A stretch of DNA of 64,000 nt from an uncultured virus (IMG/VR IMGVR_UViG_3300025410_000014) (Duplodnaviria; Heunggongvirae; Uroviricota; Caudoviricetes). The stretch is from IMG/VR virus record IMGVR_UViG_3300025410_000014; one strand, given 5' to 3'. The notes below the pieces were generated by a model, which worked only from the letters and a program-made list of their open reading frames with translations, did not search any database and was not told the DNA's origin. The position numbers were made by a program, and so were the translations under genes. This document shows, piece after piece, positions 47,223 through 56,257 of the stretch; position 1 is the stretch's first letter; each line of letters begins with the position of its first letter.

Positions 47223-47639
47223 TTATTTACGTCTAATACCACGTGGATCATCCACAACAGCATCTACTGTGTCGTCATAAATAATCCTAAATTCTCTGCC
47301 GTGGATAACTAATCTTGCTCCAGCATTTGGCCGAACCAAAATAAAGTCACCTTCTTTGCACCACGGGCCTGTGGGAAATTTGTTTTTATCGCTATAACAA
47401 TCTGGCCCCATTGCAACCACAAACAAAACAGTCGTTAAGACTTCTTCGTTTCTAATTGTCTCGTCAGATTTAGCTATACCGTTTTCAAATTCCTTTTCTA
47501 CTTCGGGAATCGCACAAAGAATCTTGTAGCCTGATGGCCTTGGGAGTTGCTTTGCTTTTTCGGCTTCTGTCGCCTCATAGTTGTATGCGCCAACTACTAC
47601 CGGATTATCGGGGTTTGTACCCAATAGAATTTCATTCAT
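47223..47639 (-). CDS. groES: GroES/Cpn10-like co-chaperonin
   Basis: LPRPSGYKIL, VVAMGPD, WCKEGDFILV, GREFRII.DD.V.AVV. Confidence 0.8.
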   Translation of the reverse strand: MNEILLGTNPDNPVVVGAYNYEATEAEKAKQLPRPSGYKILCAIPEVEKEFENGIAKSDETIRNEEVLTTVLFVVAMGPDCYSDKNKFPTGPWCKEGDFILVRPNAGARLVIHGREFRIIYDDTVDAVVDDPRGIRRK

Positions 47640-47820
47640 CTGATTCCTCTAAATTTCGTTGCAGGTCTAATGTGTATCCCCTTGCAAAGAGCAGACCCTT
47701 GATCTCCCCACAAAGTTTTTTATAGTCCTCAAAATTCTCCACACGCCCTTCGGCCATGTAGTCTTTAATCTGAGAAACTCTTTCGTCAAATTCTTTAATT
47801 AAAGTACTGAAGACATCCAT
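47632..47820 (-). CDS. Small head-associated protein
   Basis: EDYKKLCGEIKGL; between portal and GroES. Confidence 0.65.
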   Translation of the reverse strand: MDVFSTLIKEFDERVSQIKDYMAEGRVENFEDYKKLCGEIKGLLFARGYTLDLQRNLEESDE

Positions 47821-50408
47821 TACTCATTACCTCCTGTTGGTGGTTTAGGCATAGCATTTCTGAGTTTTTGTGCCTCAATATTAGCTTCTGTCCTACCTTT
47901 GTCGTGGTTTTGTTCCGCAATTTGTTTCTTTCTCTCATGCTCATTGCGAGCTAAAGTTTGAAACTCAGTGCGCCCACGGTCATGGTTTTGGTCAGCAATC
48001 TGGGTATTTTTCTGATGAACTTGTTCTGAAATAGTCTTTATAACATCAGCACCAGTTTGCAATAGCCCAAGTTGTTTCTGGTTGCGAGACTGCATCACAG
48101 TTTTAAGTGCATCCACTTTTATCTGTTGTGCTTTGAACATAGCATCCGTCTGATCTTTCTGAGCCTTGCGTGCTTGCTCTTGCTGCTTAATCTGCAACTC
48201 TTGCATTTGCATCTGCACCAACGGGTCTTGTGCTTGTTGCTGTGCTTGTTGTTGAGCAGCTTGACCTTGATGCTGTTGCAATAGCTGTTGTGCGGCCTGT
48301 GCAAGTAGCGGAGCCAACCTAGCTTCCACTTGGGGATCCATATGGATTTCTTCGCCACTCTCATCCTGTTGTGGAGGTAGAGACATACCAAGCTGCTGCT
48401 CAATCTGTACACGATACTCAAAGCCTAAGTGCTCACTGATATGAGCCTGCATTGCTGCTTGTAGAGCCTGTGCATTAGGATTGTTCTGCAACAACTGCAT
48501 GACTTGCGGGTCTTGCATAGCAGACATATGAACCACTATATGTGACTTGTGATCTTGATAAGCAAACGCTTTGACGGGCTTGCCCTTGAGCACATTCTGA
48601 TTCTCGGATACTGGGTCTGTAGGCTTCTGATCCTCATCCATCGGAACCAACTTCTCAGCATTCTTAATGCCCAACACCTCCAACATCTGACGATGTAAGA
48701 GCGGCAGGTTATATAACTGGGGAGACTGTTGTGCCAACTGAAGCACAGCTTGATACTGCACAATCTTCTGCGCCATTGTCGAGGCGTTTGGATCGCTAAC
48801 GGGTATCACATCCACGTCATCATAGTCAGACCGCTTGGCCTTGCGACCACCGCTCTCAGGCTCGTAAGAATAGTCTTCTGGGGTATACGCCGCAATAATA
48901 TTCTTGAGTAGCCCCAACTCTTGCTTCATCGCAAAGTGGATGCGGGCCTGCACTGCACTCATAGTCTTTAGAGTGCGCTCAAGGATAGCCAGCGTAGTAC
49001 CCACAGGCGCTTGGCTTGACATATCACTAATCTGCAAGTCAGCCGTATTAGCGAACCTTCTACCTTCTTCCACAATGGCTTGTAGTAGAGTCATCAAAGT
49101 CTGGCTTGGCTCCTTGTATGGGAGCGGCAACAAGTTATCTTTAATAGTGCCACCAGGGATATCTACATCCCTCCACTCACCTGGAGCGATAGGCGTGTCA
49201 TCATTCTTGACACGCAAGCCTCTGGCCTTGAAGCCACCGGGCAAGTTAGCTAGCGTACCTGCATCTACCAACTGACGAGTCAAGCTTGTGCCAGCTTTAG
49301 CGAATGCTCCAACCAAGTGGATCAACCCGAATGCATAGAACCCAAACCCAGGAATGTAAGGGTAGTGGACATAGTGACTGCGCTTAGTGCACTGCTCATC
49401 GTCTGGCTCCCAGTTGCGCCGTATCGCCAACACCTTCTGACTGCCCTTCTCAACAGTCACAATATAGGGCAGCTTGATCCCAGTCTGGTTGCCTTCCTCA
49501 TCCTCGTGCTCGTAACCTTCCAAGTCAAGGTCAACATTAATCTCAAGTATCTTATAGCGGCTATCTGTTGTAGCCCTAAAGCCCATCTTCTCTGCTATCT
49601 TTTTCTCAACCTCATCGAGCGTATTGTTTGGCTCACCTAGGTCAATGTCTAGGTAGAACCCAGCCACCTGCAATCTACGCAGCTCGTTCTCGGTCTTACG
49701 CATCACGTGCGTAACCCTCTCAGCAGACTCCAAATTACTTGCGCCGTATGGGACAACGATGTCTTCTGCGGGGACAAATATGGATACTTGCCTGTCTAAG
49801 TGCGGGTCAAAATACACTTTCTTGAATGCATTGCCCGACAACCCCAAACCCCACAACATGCGCTCATGCTCGGTGCGGTACTCGGTCATCACATCCGTCA
49901 ACTGATAATTCATATCATCTTGCACACGGACTGCCGCAGCTTTCTTGGCTGGGGTTTCTTTGCCTATGATCTGGGTACGTACTGGCCCCGCTGCTGGGAA
50001 TGTACTCATCATAGTCTCAGACTGAAACTTAACCAACGCCTCAGTTAGCAACGGATGGTACAAGCCACAAGCGCCAAGCCAAGGATCTGTGCGCTCTTCC
50101 ATCTTCATACCAAGAAGTTCTAAGCCGTCAACGTAAGTCTGCATCCAGTCTTTGCGTGAATGCACATCTTCTTCGTAGTCGCTGATCAGCTCACTTGCTA
50201 TAGACTGAAGTAATGATTCTGGTATTTCTTCTGCCAAGTTTCTATTAAACTCATCGGCATCTACACCTTTCTCCATGCTAATATCCACACCATCGGTATG
50301 AATATGCACCGCATCAGGGTTCTCAATTTCAATCTCAAGCGGTTCTTCGTTTTGAGCCAAAGCTTCAATACCTTTGGGTGCTTCATACAATGCTTTATGG
50401 ATAGCCAT
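47820..50408 (-). CDS. Portal protein
   Basis: 862 aa after terL; GNAFKKVYFD, GFYAFGLIHL, LVDAGTLANLPGG; Q-rich C-terminal barrel. Confidence 0.9.
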   Translation of the reverse strand: MAIHKALYEAPKGIEALAQNEEPLEIEIENPDAVHIHTDGVDISMEKGVDADEFNRNLAEEIPESLLQSIASELISDYEEDVHSRKDWMQTYVDGLELLGMKMEERTDPWLGACGLYHPLLTEALVKFQSETMMSTFPAAGPVRTQIIGKETPAKKAAAVRVQDDMNYQLTDVMTEYRTEHERMLWGLGLSGNAFKKVYFDPHLDRQVSIFVPAEDIVVPYGASNLESAERVTHVMRKTENELRRLQVAGFYLDIDLGEPNNTLDEVEKKIAEKMGFRATTDSRYKILEINVDLDLEGYEHEDEEGNQTGIKLPYIVTVEKGSQKVLAIRRNWEPDDEQCTKRSHYVHYPYIPGFGFYAFGLIHLVGAFAKAGTSLTRQLVDAGTLANLPGGFKARGLRVKNDDTPIAPGEWRDVDIPGGTIKDNLLPLPYKEPSQTLMTLLQAIVEEGRRFANTADLQISDMSSQAPVGTTLAILERTLKTMSAVQARIHFAMKQELGLLKNIIAAYTPEDYSYEPESGGRKAKRSDYDDVDVIPVSDPNASTMAQKIVQYQAVLQLAQQSPQLYNLPLLHRQMLEVLGIKNAEKLVPMDEDQKPTDPVSENQNVLKGKPVKAFAYQDHKSHIVVHMSAMQDPQVMQLLQNNPNAQALQAAMQAHISEHLGFEYRVQIEQQLGMSLPPQQDESGEEIHMDPQVEARLAPLLAQAAQQLLQQHQGQAAQQQAQQQAQDPLVQMQMQELQIKQQEQARKAQKDQTDAMFKAQQIKVDALKTVMQSRNQKQLGLLQTGADVIKTISEQVHQKNTQIADQNHDRGRTEFQTLARNEHERKKQIAEQNHDKGRTEANIEAQKLRNAMPKPPTGGNE

Positions 50409-50416
50409 AATAATCC

Positions 50417-51928
50417 TTAATAGTATTCTCTTTTACGGCGAAAGTATTTAACTTCATCTGGTTCATCAGAATCTAATCTAATAAACCCGCCCCGTCTGTA
50501 ACGAATTAAAGCTTGAGACATAGAGTCAACCATATCGTCATGCTCTCCTGATGGAAAACTTGCCACCTCTTCGACCAACTCTTCTGCCCAACTTGTATTA
50601 GGAACCCACACCATCCCACTTGCAAACAAGTCAGATACAGAATTCAGCCTAGCTATCTTATCATTACCTTTAGTCGGCGTAAAATCTTGCACAGGTATTC
50701 CCATCGCACGCAACTCAAAGATCAACGGCGACCCTGCTGCCTTGGCTTCAACAATAATAGTATCGGGTTCCCACTCTTTATATTCCCTATACGCTCTTTG
50801 CTTTAGTTCTGGAAACTCCATACGCTGTTTAAACGCATTGAGCAAGATAATATTGGCCTGATTTATGCCCCTATCGTCCGGCAAATAGAAAACTCCCCAC
50901 GTTGTACACGCAGAATAGTCGCTACGCTCCGTTTTTAGGAAGGCAGTATCCCAAGACTGGATAATAAACTCGCAATATGGGGGACTATCTTCCTCCCAAA
51001 CCCTCCACCACTCCCGTTTTATGATGGCAGACACGTCTGAAGTGGGCTGTTGCTGATACTGAGCCATCCATTTTGCGTTTGGAAGCTCCGTTTTTAGCGC
51101 TTCTAGCTCTTTTAATGACCAAAATTGGGGCCAAAGTGGGTTTCCAGAGGGTAAAAGTGCAGGAAATTCGATCACTTTCCACTCTTCCCCTGACCTTTGA
51201 GCAGCCGCTTTGAGTACTTGACCCGTCAAATCTTTCTTAGACCAACGTGTCATCACGATCACAATAGCTCCGCCCGGTTGCAGACGCTGACGTGGCCCTG
51301 ATGTGTACCACTCATACGTCTTATCATATATCTCAGGGTTCACTTCCGCCAAGGTAGCTTCTTGTTCCGAATGCGGGTCATCAATGATGAGGAGGTCAGC
51401 GCCTTTACCCGTAACTGCGCCACCCACACCAATCGCAAAATATTCTCCTGAATAGTTAGTGGCCCACCTGCCAGCAGCTTTAGAGTCAGCTTGTAGAGCG
51501 ACTTCCGGAAATATGTCTTTATAGTGGTCAGCATCGACTAAGTTCCTTACCTTCCTACCAAACCCCACAGCCAACTCCGCTGTGTGACTAGTCTGAATAA
51601 TTTTCTTACCTGGGAATAACCCTAGGAACCAAGCTGGCAGTAGATAAGAAGCAAACTCTGACTTGGTGTGTCGTGGTGGCATATTAATAATAAGCCGTTT
51701 AACCTTGCCTTGGGCAACTTCTTCAAAGGCTCTTGCCATGCGCTCATGATGTCTGCCGTGGATGAACCCAGGCCACATGTACTTCACAAATGCCATGAAA
51801 TCATTGGCAGCTAACTGTTTGGTTTTGGAACGCCTAATCTCAGCGAGCAGTGCGCCAACCTTCTGCTGTGCAGCGGGTGGTAAATTGGGTAAAACTTTTT
51901 CAGCTTTCAGAAGCAGGCTCGGATCCAT
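50417..51928 (-). CDS. terL: Terminase large subunit
   Basis: Walker A MPPRHTKS, Walker B LIIDD, nuclease SWDTA and HDDMVDS. Confidence 0.95.
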   Translation of the reverse strand: MDPSLLLKAEKVLPNLPPAAQQKVGALLAEIRRSKTKQLAANDFMAFVKYMWPGFIHGRHHERMARAFEEVAQGKVKRLIINMPPRHTKSEFASYLLPAWFLGLFPGKKIIQTSHTAELAVGFGRKVRNLVDADHYKDIFPEVALQADSKAAGRWATNYSGEYFAIGVGGAVTGKGADLLIIDDPHSEQEATLAEVNPEIYDKTYEWYTSGPRQRLQPGGAIVIVMTRWSKKDLTGQVLKAAAQRSGEEWKVIEFPALLPSGNPLWPQFWSLKELEALKTELPNAKWMAQYQQQPTSDVSAIIKREWWRVWEEDSPPYCEFIIQSWDTAFLKTERSDYSACTTWGVFYLPDDRGINQANIILLNAFKQRMEFPELKQRAYREYKEWEPDTIIVEAKAAGSPLIFELRAMGIPVQDFTPTKGNDKIARLNSVSDLFASGMVWVPNTSWAEELVEEVASFPSGEHDDMVDSMSQALIRYRRGGFIRLDSDEPDEVKYFRRKREYY

Positions 51929-52493
51929 TTACCATCCCTAGTTCTTCATCCAAGTCCATGTCGCCAATACTTTTTGGCTTGCTTTTTGCTTCAACATCTA
52001 CCACATCTGAACCATATAGCTCTAGAGTCTTAATAAGCTCTGTCTCAATATCTTCTACTGTGCGGTGCGTGACTGTGACGTCAATTCGTTCTGAAAACAA
52101 ACCAACACTTGAAATTTTGCCTAGGTTTTCCAATGCCTTCATACGCTGGCGTGGATCTGGGTCTACGGATTCAGCTATCAACTTGTTTGTGATGTAGTTG
52201 CGTAGCCGCCTTGAAACATCTAATACTTCATGATCCCACTCACTGAGTATTGCTTCTAAATTAATTATCGTGCCAGGTGTTAGATCTTTTACTGGTGGCA
52301 GTTTGCCTTCTGCCATGATCTGATGGGATGCAGCCTTATCTTGGGCTGTAATGCTTACATCTGCGCCCTGCTTAATTAGTTCCTGTATTGTTTCAAAGTA
52401 AGCATGGGCTTTAGAACGGAAGTCTTCTATTTCTTCCGGTGTAGTGTCGAAGGGAAATGGTATCCCAACTTCTGGTGTAGCTAAGATTGGCAT
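51900..52493 (-). CDS. terS: Terminase small subunit (putative)
   Basis: First late gene, overlaps terL; KALENLGKI..VGLF motif. Confidence 0.6.
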   Translation of the reverse strand: MPILATPEVGIPFPFDTTPEEIEDFRSKAHAYFETIQELIKQGADVSITAQDKAASHQIMAEGKLPPVKDLTPGTIINLEAILSEWDHEVLDVSRRLRNYITNKLIAESVDPDPRQRMKALENLGKISSVGLFSERIDVTVTHRTVEDIETELIKTLELYGSDVVDVEAKSKPKSIGDMDLDEELGMVNGSEPASES

Positions 52494-52754
52494 AGAACTT
52501 TTTGTGGCTCCTTTCGGGCATTGTATAACTTTTTTTAAAAAATATATACCCCCCGGGGGTGTTCAATTTAAATTAGTGACGGGGGGTGTTCCTATGTAAT
52601 ACTTTAGTTATAACAGATTTTAAAAGTATGTGATTGGTTGTGCAGATTAGTAAGTATGGGGCATGGTCGGAGTCCCAAAGCCATTTTGGGGGGTGGGGGG
52701 TCACTTGGCCCGCCCGAATTTATGAACAGCGGTTCATATGTTTATTAAAAATAC

Positions 52755-52783
52755 TTGTATAAAAGATCATTATCGGTTATACT
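52755..52783 (+). promoter_or_regulatory. Sigma70-type early promoter
   Basis: TTGTAT, 17 nt, TATACT with A/T-rich UP region; flanked by two 18-bp palindromes. Confidence 0.7.
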
Positions 52784-52854
52784 GAAGGCTCAGTAAGTTA
52801 ATTAATTTACTGGAAACAACTTATTATCAACTGTTCATAAATTGGAGTTTTAAC

Positions 52855-53385
52855 ATGACTAACGCAACAACTGGATACACCGAGGTTATTAAAGCAACTC
52901 AAGATGCTATTAAAGCCGATACATCGACAACGTCAAAATGGGTTAACTGTGGCAAAGCAAATGCCGAATTTTTCGGTACAGCGAGCGCTCTTGAAGGGGT
53001 CAAAGCCCAATTCATCGCCGATGCTATTCTCCCCGCTTTACCCACAAAGCACGCTAAAGCACTCAACACCGAACTACCTCGCAAGGGTTCTAAAGAGTAC
53101 AATGAGTTGAGCGATACCGAAAAAGCACAATGGGAAGACGTGAACCAAGCAAAAAAAGATGCACGCTCAACGTGTGGCACTTACTTTTCCCGTGTGTTGT
53201 CCTATGCTTTCCCAAAGGTTAAGGATGATAGCAACGAACCCAAAGCGAGCGATGAGACAAAAGACCTTGAAATGCTTAACGCTCTAATCAAGCGCTTGGA
53301 AAAAGCCGAGTCCCGCCCTTACTTGATTACTGATGTACTTTTCCACTTGCACAATGCACGCACCACAATGAGCAAACCAGTCTAA
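52855..53385 (+). CDS. First early protein, unknown function
   Basis: GGAG RBS, own promoter and terminator. Confidence 0.8.
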   Translation: MTNATTGYTEVIKATQDAIKADTSTTSKWVNCGKANAEFFGTASALEGVKAQFIADAILPALPTKHAKALNTELPRKGSKEYNELSDTEKAQWEDVNQAKKDARSTCGTYFSRVLSYAFPKVKDDSNEPKASDETKDLEMLNALIKRLEKAESRPYLITDVLFHLHNARTTMSKPV

Positions 53386-53402
53386 TCGACACCGCTCAAA
53401 CC

Positions 53403-53429
53403 AAGCCCGCTTCGGCGGGCTTTTTCTTT
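53403..53429 (+). terminator. Intrinsic terminator
   Basis: AAGCCCGC-TTCG-GCGGGCTT then TTTCTTT. Confidence 0.9.
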
Positions 53430-53524
53430 GCCTCAAATTTTGTGTCCCGAATCATTTCATGATAGTTGCATAAGATGATGATGATGCACACCAATTTGTT
53501 AACACATGTTAATAAGTTTGGCTC

Positions 53525-53823
53525 TGTTCCGCATGTTCCGCAATGTTCCGTTCGACTGGAACACGGCAAGTCATTGATTTTAAAGGGAAAATCGGCTTTT
53601 TTTATATAATGTTCCAATGTTCCATATATATAAGAACACTCTCCAAGTTGCTACACTACTTTACAATGTTAAGTGTGTGGCTTGTTCCGCTTTTGGGCGG
53701 TCTTGGCAAGGTCGTTATATCACTGGAACATTGGAACAGGGCGACAACGAATCACCCAAGCCTATGATTTTAAATAACTTTTTCTCATTTTGCCAATTTG
53801 GAACATGCGGAACAAACGGAACA
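53525..53823. repeat. Iteron-like TGTTCC/GGAACA repeat region, candidate replication origin
   Basis: 12 hexamers, two nested 15-bp inverted repeats, two IHF-like sites, AT-rich stretches. Confidence 0.65.
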
Positions 53824-53850
53824 TTTCACCACTTTACAATGGAGTAAATC

Positions 53851-54057
53851 ATGCTAAAAGCATTTTGTAGGTGTTGCGGTGCAGATGTCGCACCAAAACG
53901 CTGGGCACTCGGTTTCAAGCTCTGCATGGACTGCGGACAATCTGAAGCCAAAAAGCGCAAGCACACAATCGTGCCTATGCACAAATCAAACTACATTGTT
54001 GTAACAGACTACAACATGTTAACAGGTGTTAATAACAAAGGAGGAAACGTCAAATGA
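53851..54057 (+). CDS. C4 zinc-finger protein (DksA/TraR-like finger)
   Basis: GGAG RBS; CRCCG...R..LG...CMDC, PMHKSNY. Confidence 0.7.
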   Translation: MLKAFCRCCGADVAPKRWALGFKLCMDCGQSEAKKRKHTIVPMHKSNYIVVTDYNMLTGVNNKGGNVK

Positions 54058-54263
54058 GTAAGATGAATTTGGTAATCATTAGTTTGCTATCCATGCAGAC
54101 CATGCGTTTTGGTCTTAATGGCGATGCGTTAATCAACAAGGGTTTGCTAATATTTACAGGCTTGTTGCTTGCACTTATCTTTTACGAGTTGTTCTTGGAG
54201 TACAAGGAACTAAGCACAGTACAAGAAGTTGCAGAGCGTGAAGACCCAATCAACTATATTTAA
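54054..54263 (+). CDS. Small membrane protein
   Basis: GGAGG RBS; hydrophobic segments. Confidence 0.6.
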   Translation: MSKMNLVIISLLSMQTMRFGLNGDALINKGLLIFTGLLLALIFYELFLEYKELSTVQEVAEREDPINYI

Positions 54264-54273
54264 AGGAGTAGAT

Positions 54274-54366
54274 ATGAAAACAGAACACATTGACTCGGTG
54301 CTAGTTTTGACTGCACAAGTAATTACGATCATGGCAGTTTGCATCTTGATGGTGCTTGTATGGTAA
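54274..54366 (+). CDS. 30-aa hydrophobic peptide
   Basis: AAGGAG RBS; MKTEHIDSVLVLTAQVITIMAVCILMVLVW. Confidence 0.55.
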   Translation: MKTEHIDSVLVLTAQVITIMAVCILMVLVW

Positions 54367-54560
54367 TTGATCGTAAGACTGGTAAACCAGTTGAGATCGG
54401 TGACACTGTAATGCGAAAGGATTACAAGGGTTTTCGCCACAGGTATGAGGTCATGGACTTCACGCCAAGGGGCGTTTGGGTGCGCAAGTTAGAGCGAGAT
54501 AGATATGTATATCTAAGCATGACGCTTGCGAGTTTGCAACTGGATGAGGTGATGGTATGA
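54360..54560 (+). CDS. Hypothetical protein
   Basis: MVIDRKTGKPVEIGD...; start chosen to overlap the previous gene. Confidence 0.6.
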   Translation: MVIDRKTGKPVEIGDTVMRKDYKGFRHRYEVMDFTPRGVWVRKLERDRYVYLSMTLASLQLDEVMV

Positions 54561-54632
54561 GAGTAAAGAGTAATGAGAAGTGCAGAGTAAATGTACGAGC
54601 ACACAGCAAAACTTATTAACAGGAGTTCATAA

Positions 54633-54869
54633 ATGTATTGGAATCACAGAATCGTTGATATGAGCCATGAGAATGGCGGTGACCCTTGGTTCGAAATCAA
54701 GGAGGTTTATTACGATGACGATCACAACGTCACAGGGTATTGCGACCGCATGGACTCAAGCGAGACGCCTGAAGATGTTATCAGTAACTTGAAGCGCATG
54801 TTGCAGGGTATCGAGGGTGAGCGTGTGGTGCATGGTGTAACACTAAAGGAGATCGCAAATGAATCTTGA
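54633..54869 (+). CDS. Conserved small phage protein (WNHR...EVYYD family)
   Basis: AGGAG RBS embedded in palindrome; MYWNHRIV...IKEVYYDD. Confidence 0.75.
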   Translation: MYWNHRIVDMSHENGGDPWFEIKEVYYDDDHNVTGYCDRMDSSETPEDVISNLKRMLQGIEGERVVHGVTLKEIANES

Positions 54870-55005
54870 AAGTGAGTTGAGAGCAGTTGCTCGGATTGCC
54901 CTTGATTGGATAAAAGAAGATAGATGGGAAGAGTCGGAGATACTTTTAAACATGTTCTATGAGTATGCAGACAACAAGGAAAAAGCAAATGAAGATCATA
55001 CTTGA
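54859..55005 (+). CDS. Hypothetical protein (48 aa, not in ORF track)
   Basis: AAGGAG RBS; MNLESELRAVAR...EDHT. Confidence 0.55.
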   Translation: MNLESELRAVARIALDWIKEDRWEESEILLNMFYEYADNKEKANEDHT

Positions 55006-55162
55006 GATGACGCAACAAGAGATCAATGCGTTGAACGACATCGTGGACTATGTGCTACTGGATGCTAGGGATAACCAGTTCTACTATGCACAGGCACAGT
55101 TGCTACACAACTGGATCATTAACGGAGGGATTGCGGATGATACGCAAAGATCAGTTGACTGA
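54989..55162 (+). CDS. Hypothetical protein
   Basis: AAGGA RBS before MKIILEM. Confidence 0.6.
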   Translation: MKIILEMTQQEINALNDIVDYVLLDARDNQFYYAQAQLLHNWIINGGIADDTQRSVD

Positions 55163-55250
55163 GGAAGACCTACGTGCGATTCGTAGAAAAACGATCATCG
55201 TCATATTGGCGGTGGTGCTTTTGTATTTATTAACAGGAGTTCATAAATGA
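55137..55250 (+). CDS. Small single-TM peptide
   Basis: GGAGG RBS; RRKTIIVILAVVLLYLL. Confidence 0.55.
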   Translation: MIRKDQLTEEDLRAIRRKTIIVILAVVLLYLLTGVHK

Positions 55251-56143
55251 CACGCATTAGAAGTTATGAGTATTTCAAGGATCAGTATGAGAAGATCAAG
55301 CCCATTCGTGGTCGACCCGATTGCAGACCGATCCATGATCGCAGACACACGCATAAAACTATCATTGCCAAGAAATTGTTGAGCGGTGAGACATCGTATG
55401 CGTTGAAGTTCCACAACACCGAGTGCGTTGAGTACTTTCCAAATGGTGACATCGTGGTGCGTACTGGTGGATGGGTTACGCCATTGACTGCTGACTTTAT
55501 CTACACTTACAGCCCGTTCAAGTGTTGGAAACAATACAACAAAGTGTGGGTTAACTTTGTGGATGAGTCAAGTAATCATGAGCGTGGTGTGTCGTACCCA
55601 GTTAACGGAGAGTTGACGTTGCAGTATGAGGGTGAGTATCAACATGGGCAACACATTCATGGTGTGATGTATAAACCCGTGGGAGATGTCGCTATCACTA
55701 AACGTGTTGTAGATCGTGCGAAGGCAAAGGCAGCCCGCGCAGTTGTAGAGCCATTCTTAAACTTTGCTAAGTTGTTCCTTGCCATGTCGGATGGATGGAT
55801 CATGCATAGTACTGTTAAAGAACATGTGGAGATTATTAATGGGCAAATTAACTGGGGCTATTTTAGTTCGCCAGATTTGTACGAGCAGATGCAAACAAAG
55901 GAAGACAGATATATATTTATGATGGCGTATCTGTTGCGTACCGATGAGCCGATCAAAAAGAATGTTGCAGAGACCTATGAGGAGAAGATGCAATGGGGTA
56001 TGCACAGGATACATCTGTATGACTCGCAGTTTAAATTCGAGACGCTCAAGCGTAGAGTTTATACAGTCGTTGAGGGTGCGAATGATATATACACTACAAA
56101 GGAGGTGAGTGCGTCAGGCAAGGCCATGACCAATGTCGTTTAA
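55247..56143 (+). CDS. Early protein, unknown function
   Basis: 298-aa ORF; AGGAG RBS inside palindrome. Confidence 0.8.
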   Translation: MTRIRSYEYFKDQYEKIKPIRGRPDCRPIHDRRHTHKTIIAKKLLSGETSYALKFHNTECVEYFPNGDIVVRTGGWVTPLTADFIYTYSPFKCWKQYNKVWVNFVDESSNHERGVSYPVNGELTLQYEGEYQHGQHIHGVMYKPVGDVAITKRVVDRAKAKAARAVVEPFLNFAKLFLAMSDGWIMHSTVKEHVEIINGQINWGYFSSPDLYEQMQTKEDRYIFMMAYLLRTDEPIKKNVAETYEEKMQWGMHRIHLYDSQFKFETLKRRVYTVVEGANDIYTTKEVSASGKAMTNVV

Positions 56144-56159
56144 TCAAGTTCTCAAATAC

Positions 56160-56188
56160 TTGACAAGGGGTATGACATCTGTTATAAT
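56160..56188 (+). promoter_or_regulatory. Consensus sigma70 promoter
   Basis: TTGACA, 17 nt, TATAAT. Confidence 0.85.
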
Positions 56189-56257
56189 AGGTGTAACAGT
56201 TGTCGAAGTGGTTAGTAATTGTGTTAGGTTAACAACTGTTAATAAAAGGAAAAACAA

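Noticed and set aside
9425..51534. Many short + strand or alternate-frame ORFs within the late arm
   Set aside because: They are shadows of long - strand genes with no RBS or motif. Only the lipobox ORF 25787-26020 was kept.
52724..52735. GAAC-N4-GTTC as a Gram-positive LexA (SOS) box
   Set aside because: Only one of eleven copies fits; most others are TAAC-N4-GTTM, and spanins point to a Gram-negative host.
53396..53847. ORFs 53396-53617, 53543-53767 and 53617-53847
   Set aside because: No convincing RBS; translations merely reflect the hexamer repeats; better explained as non-coding.
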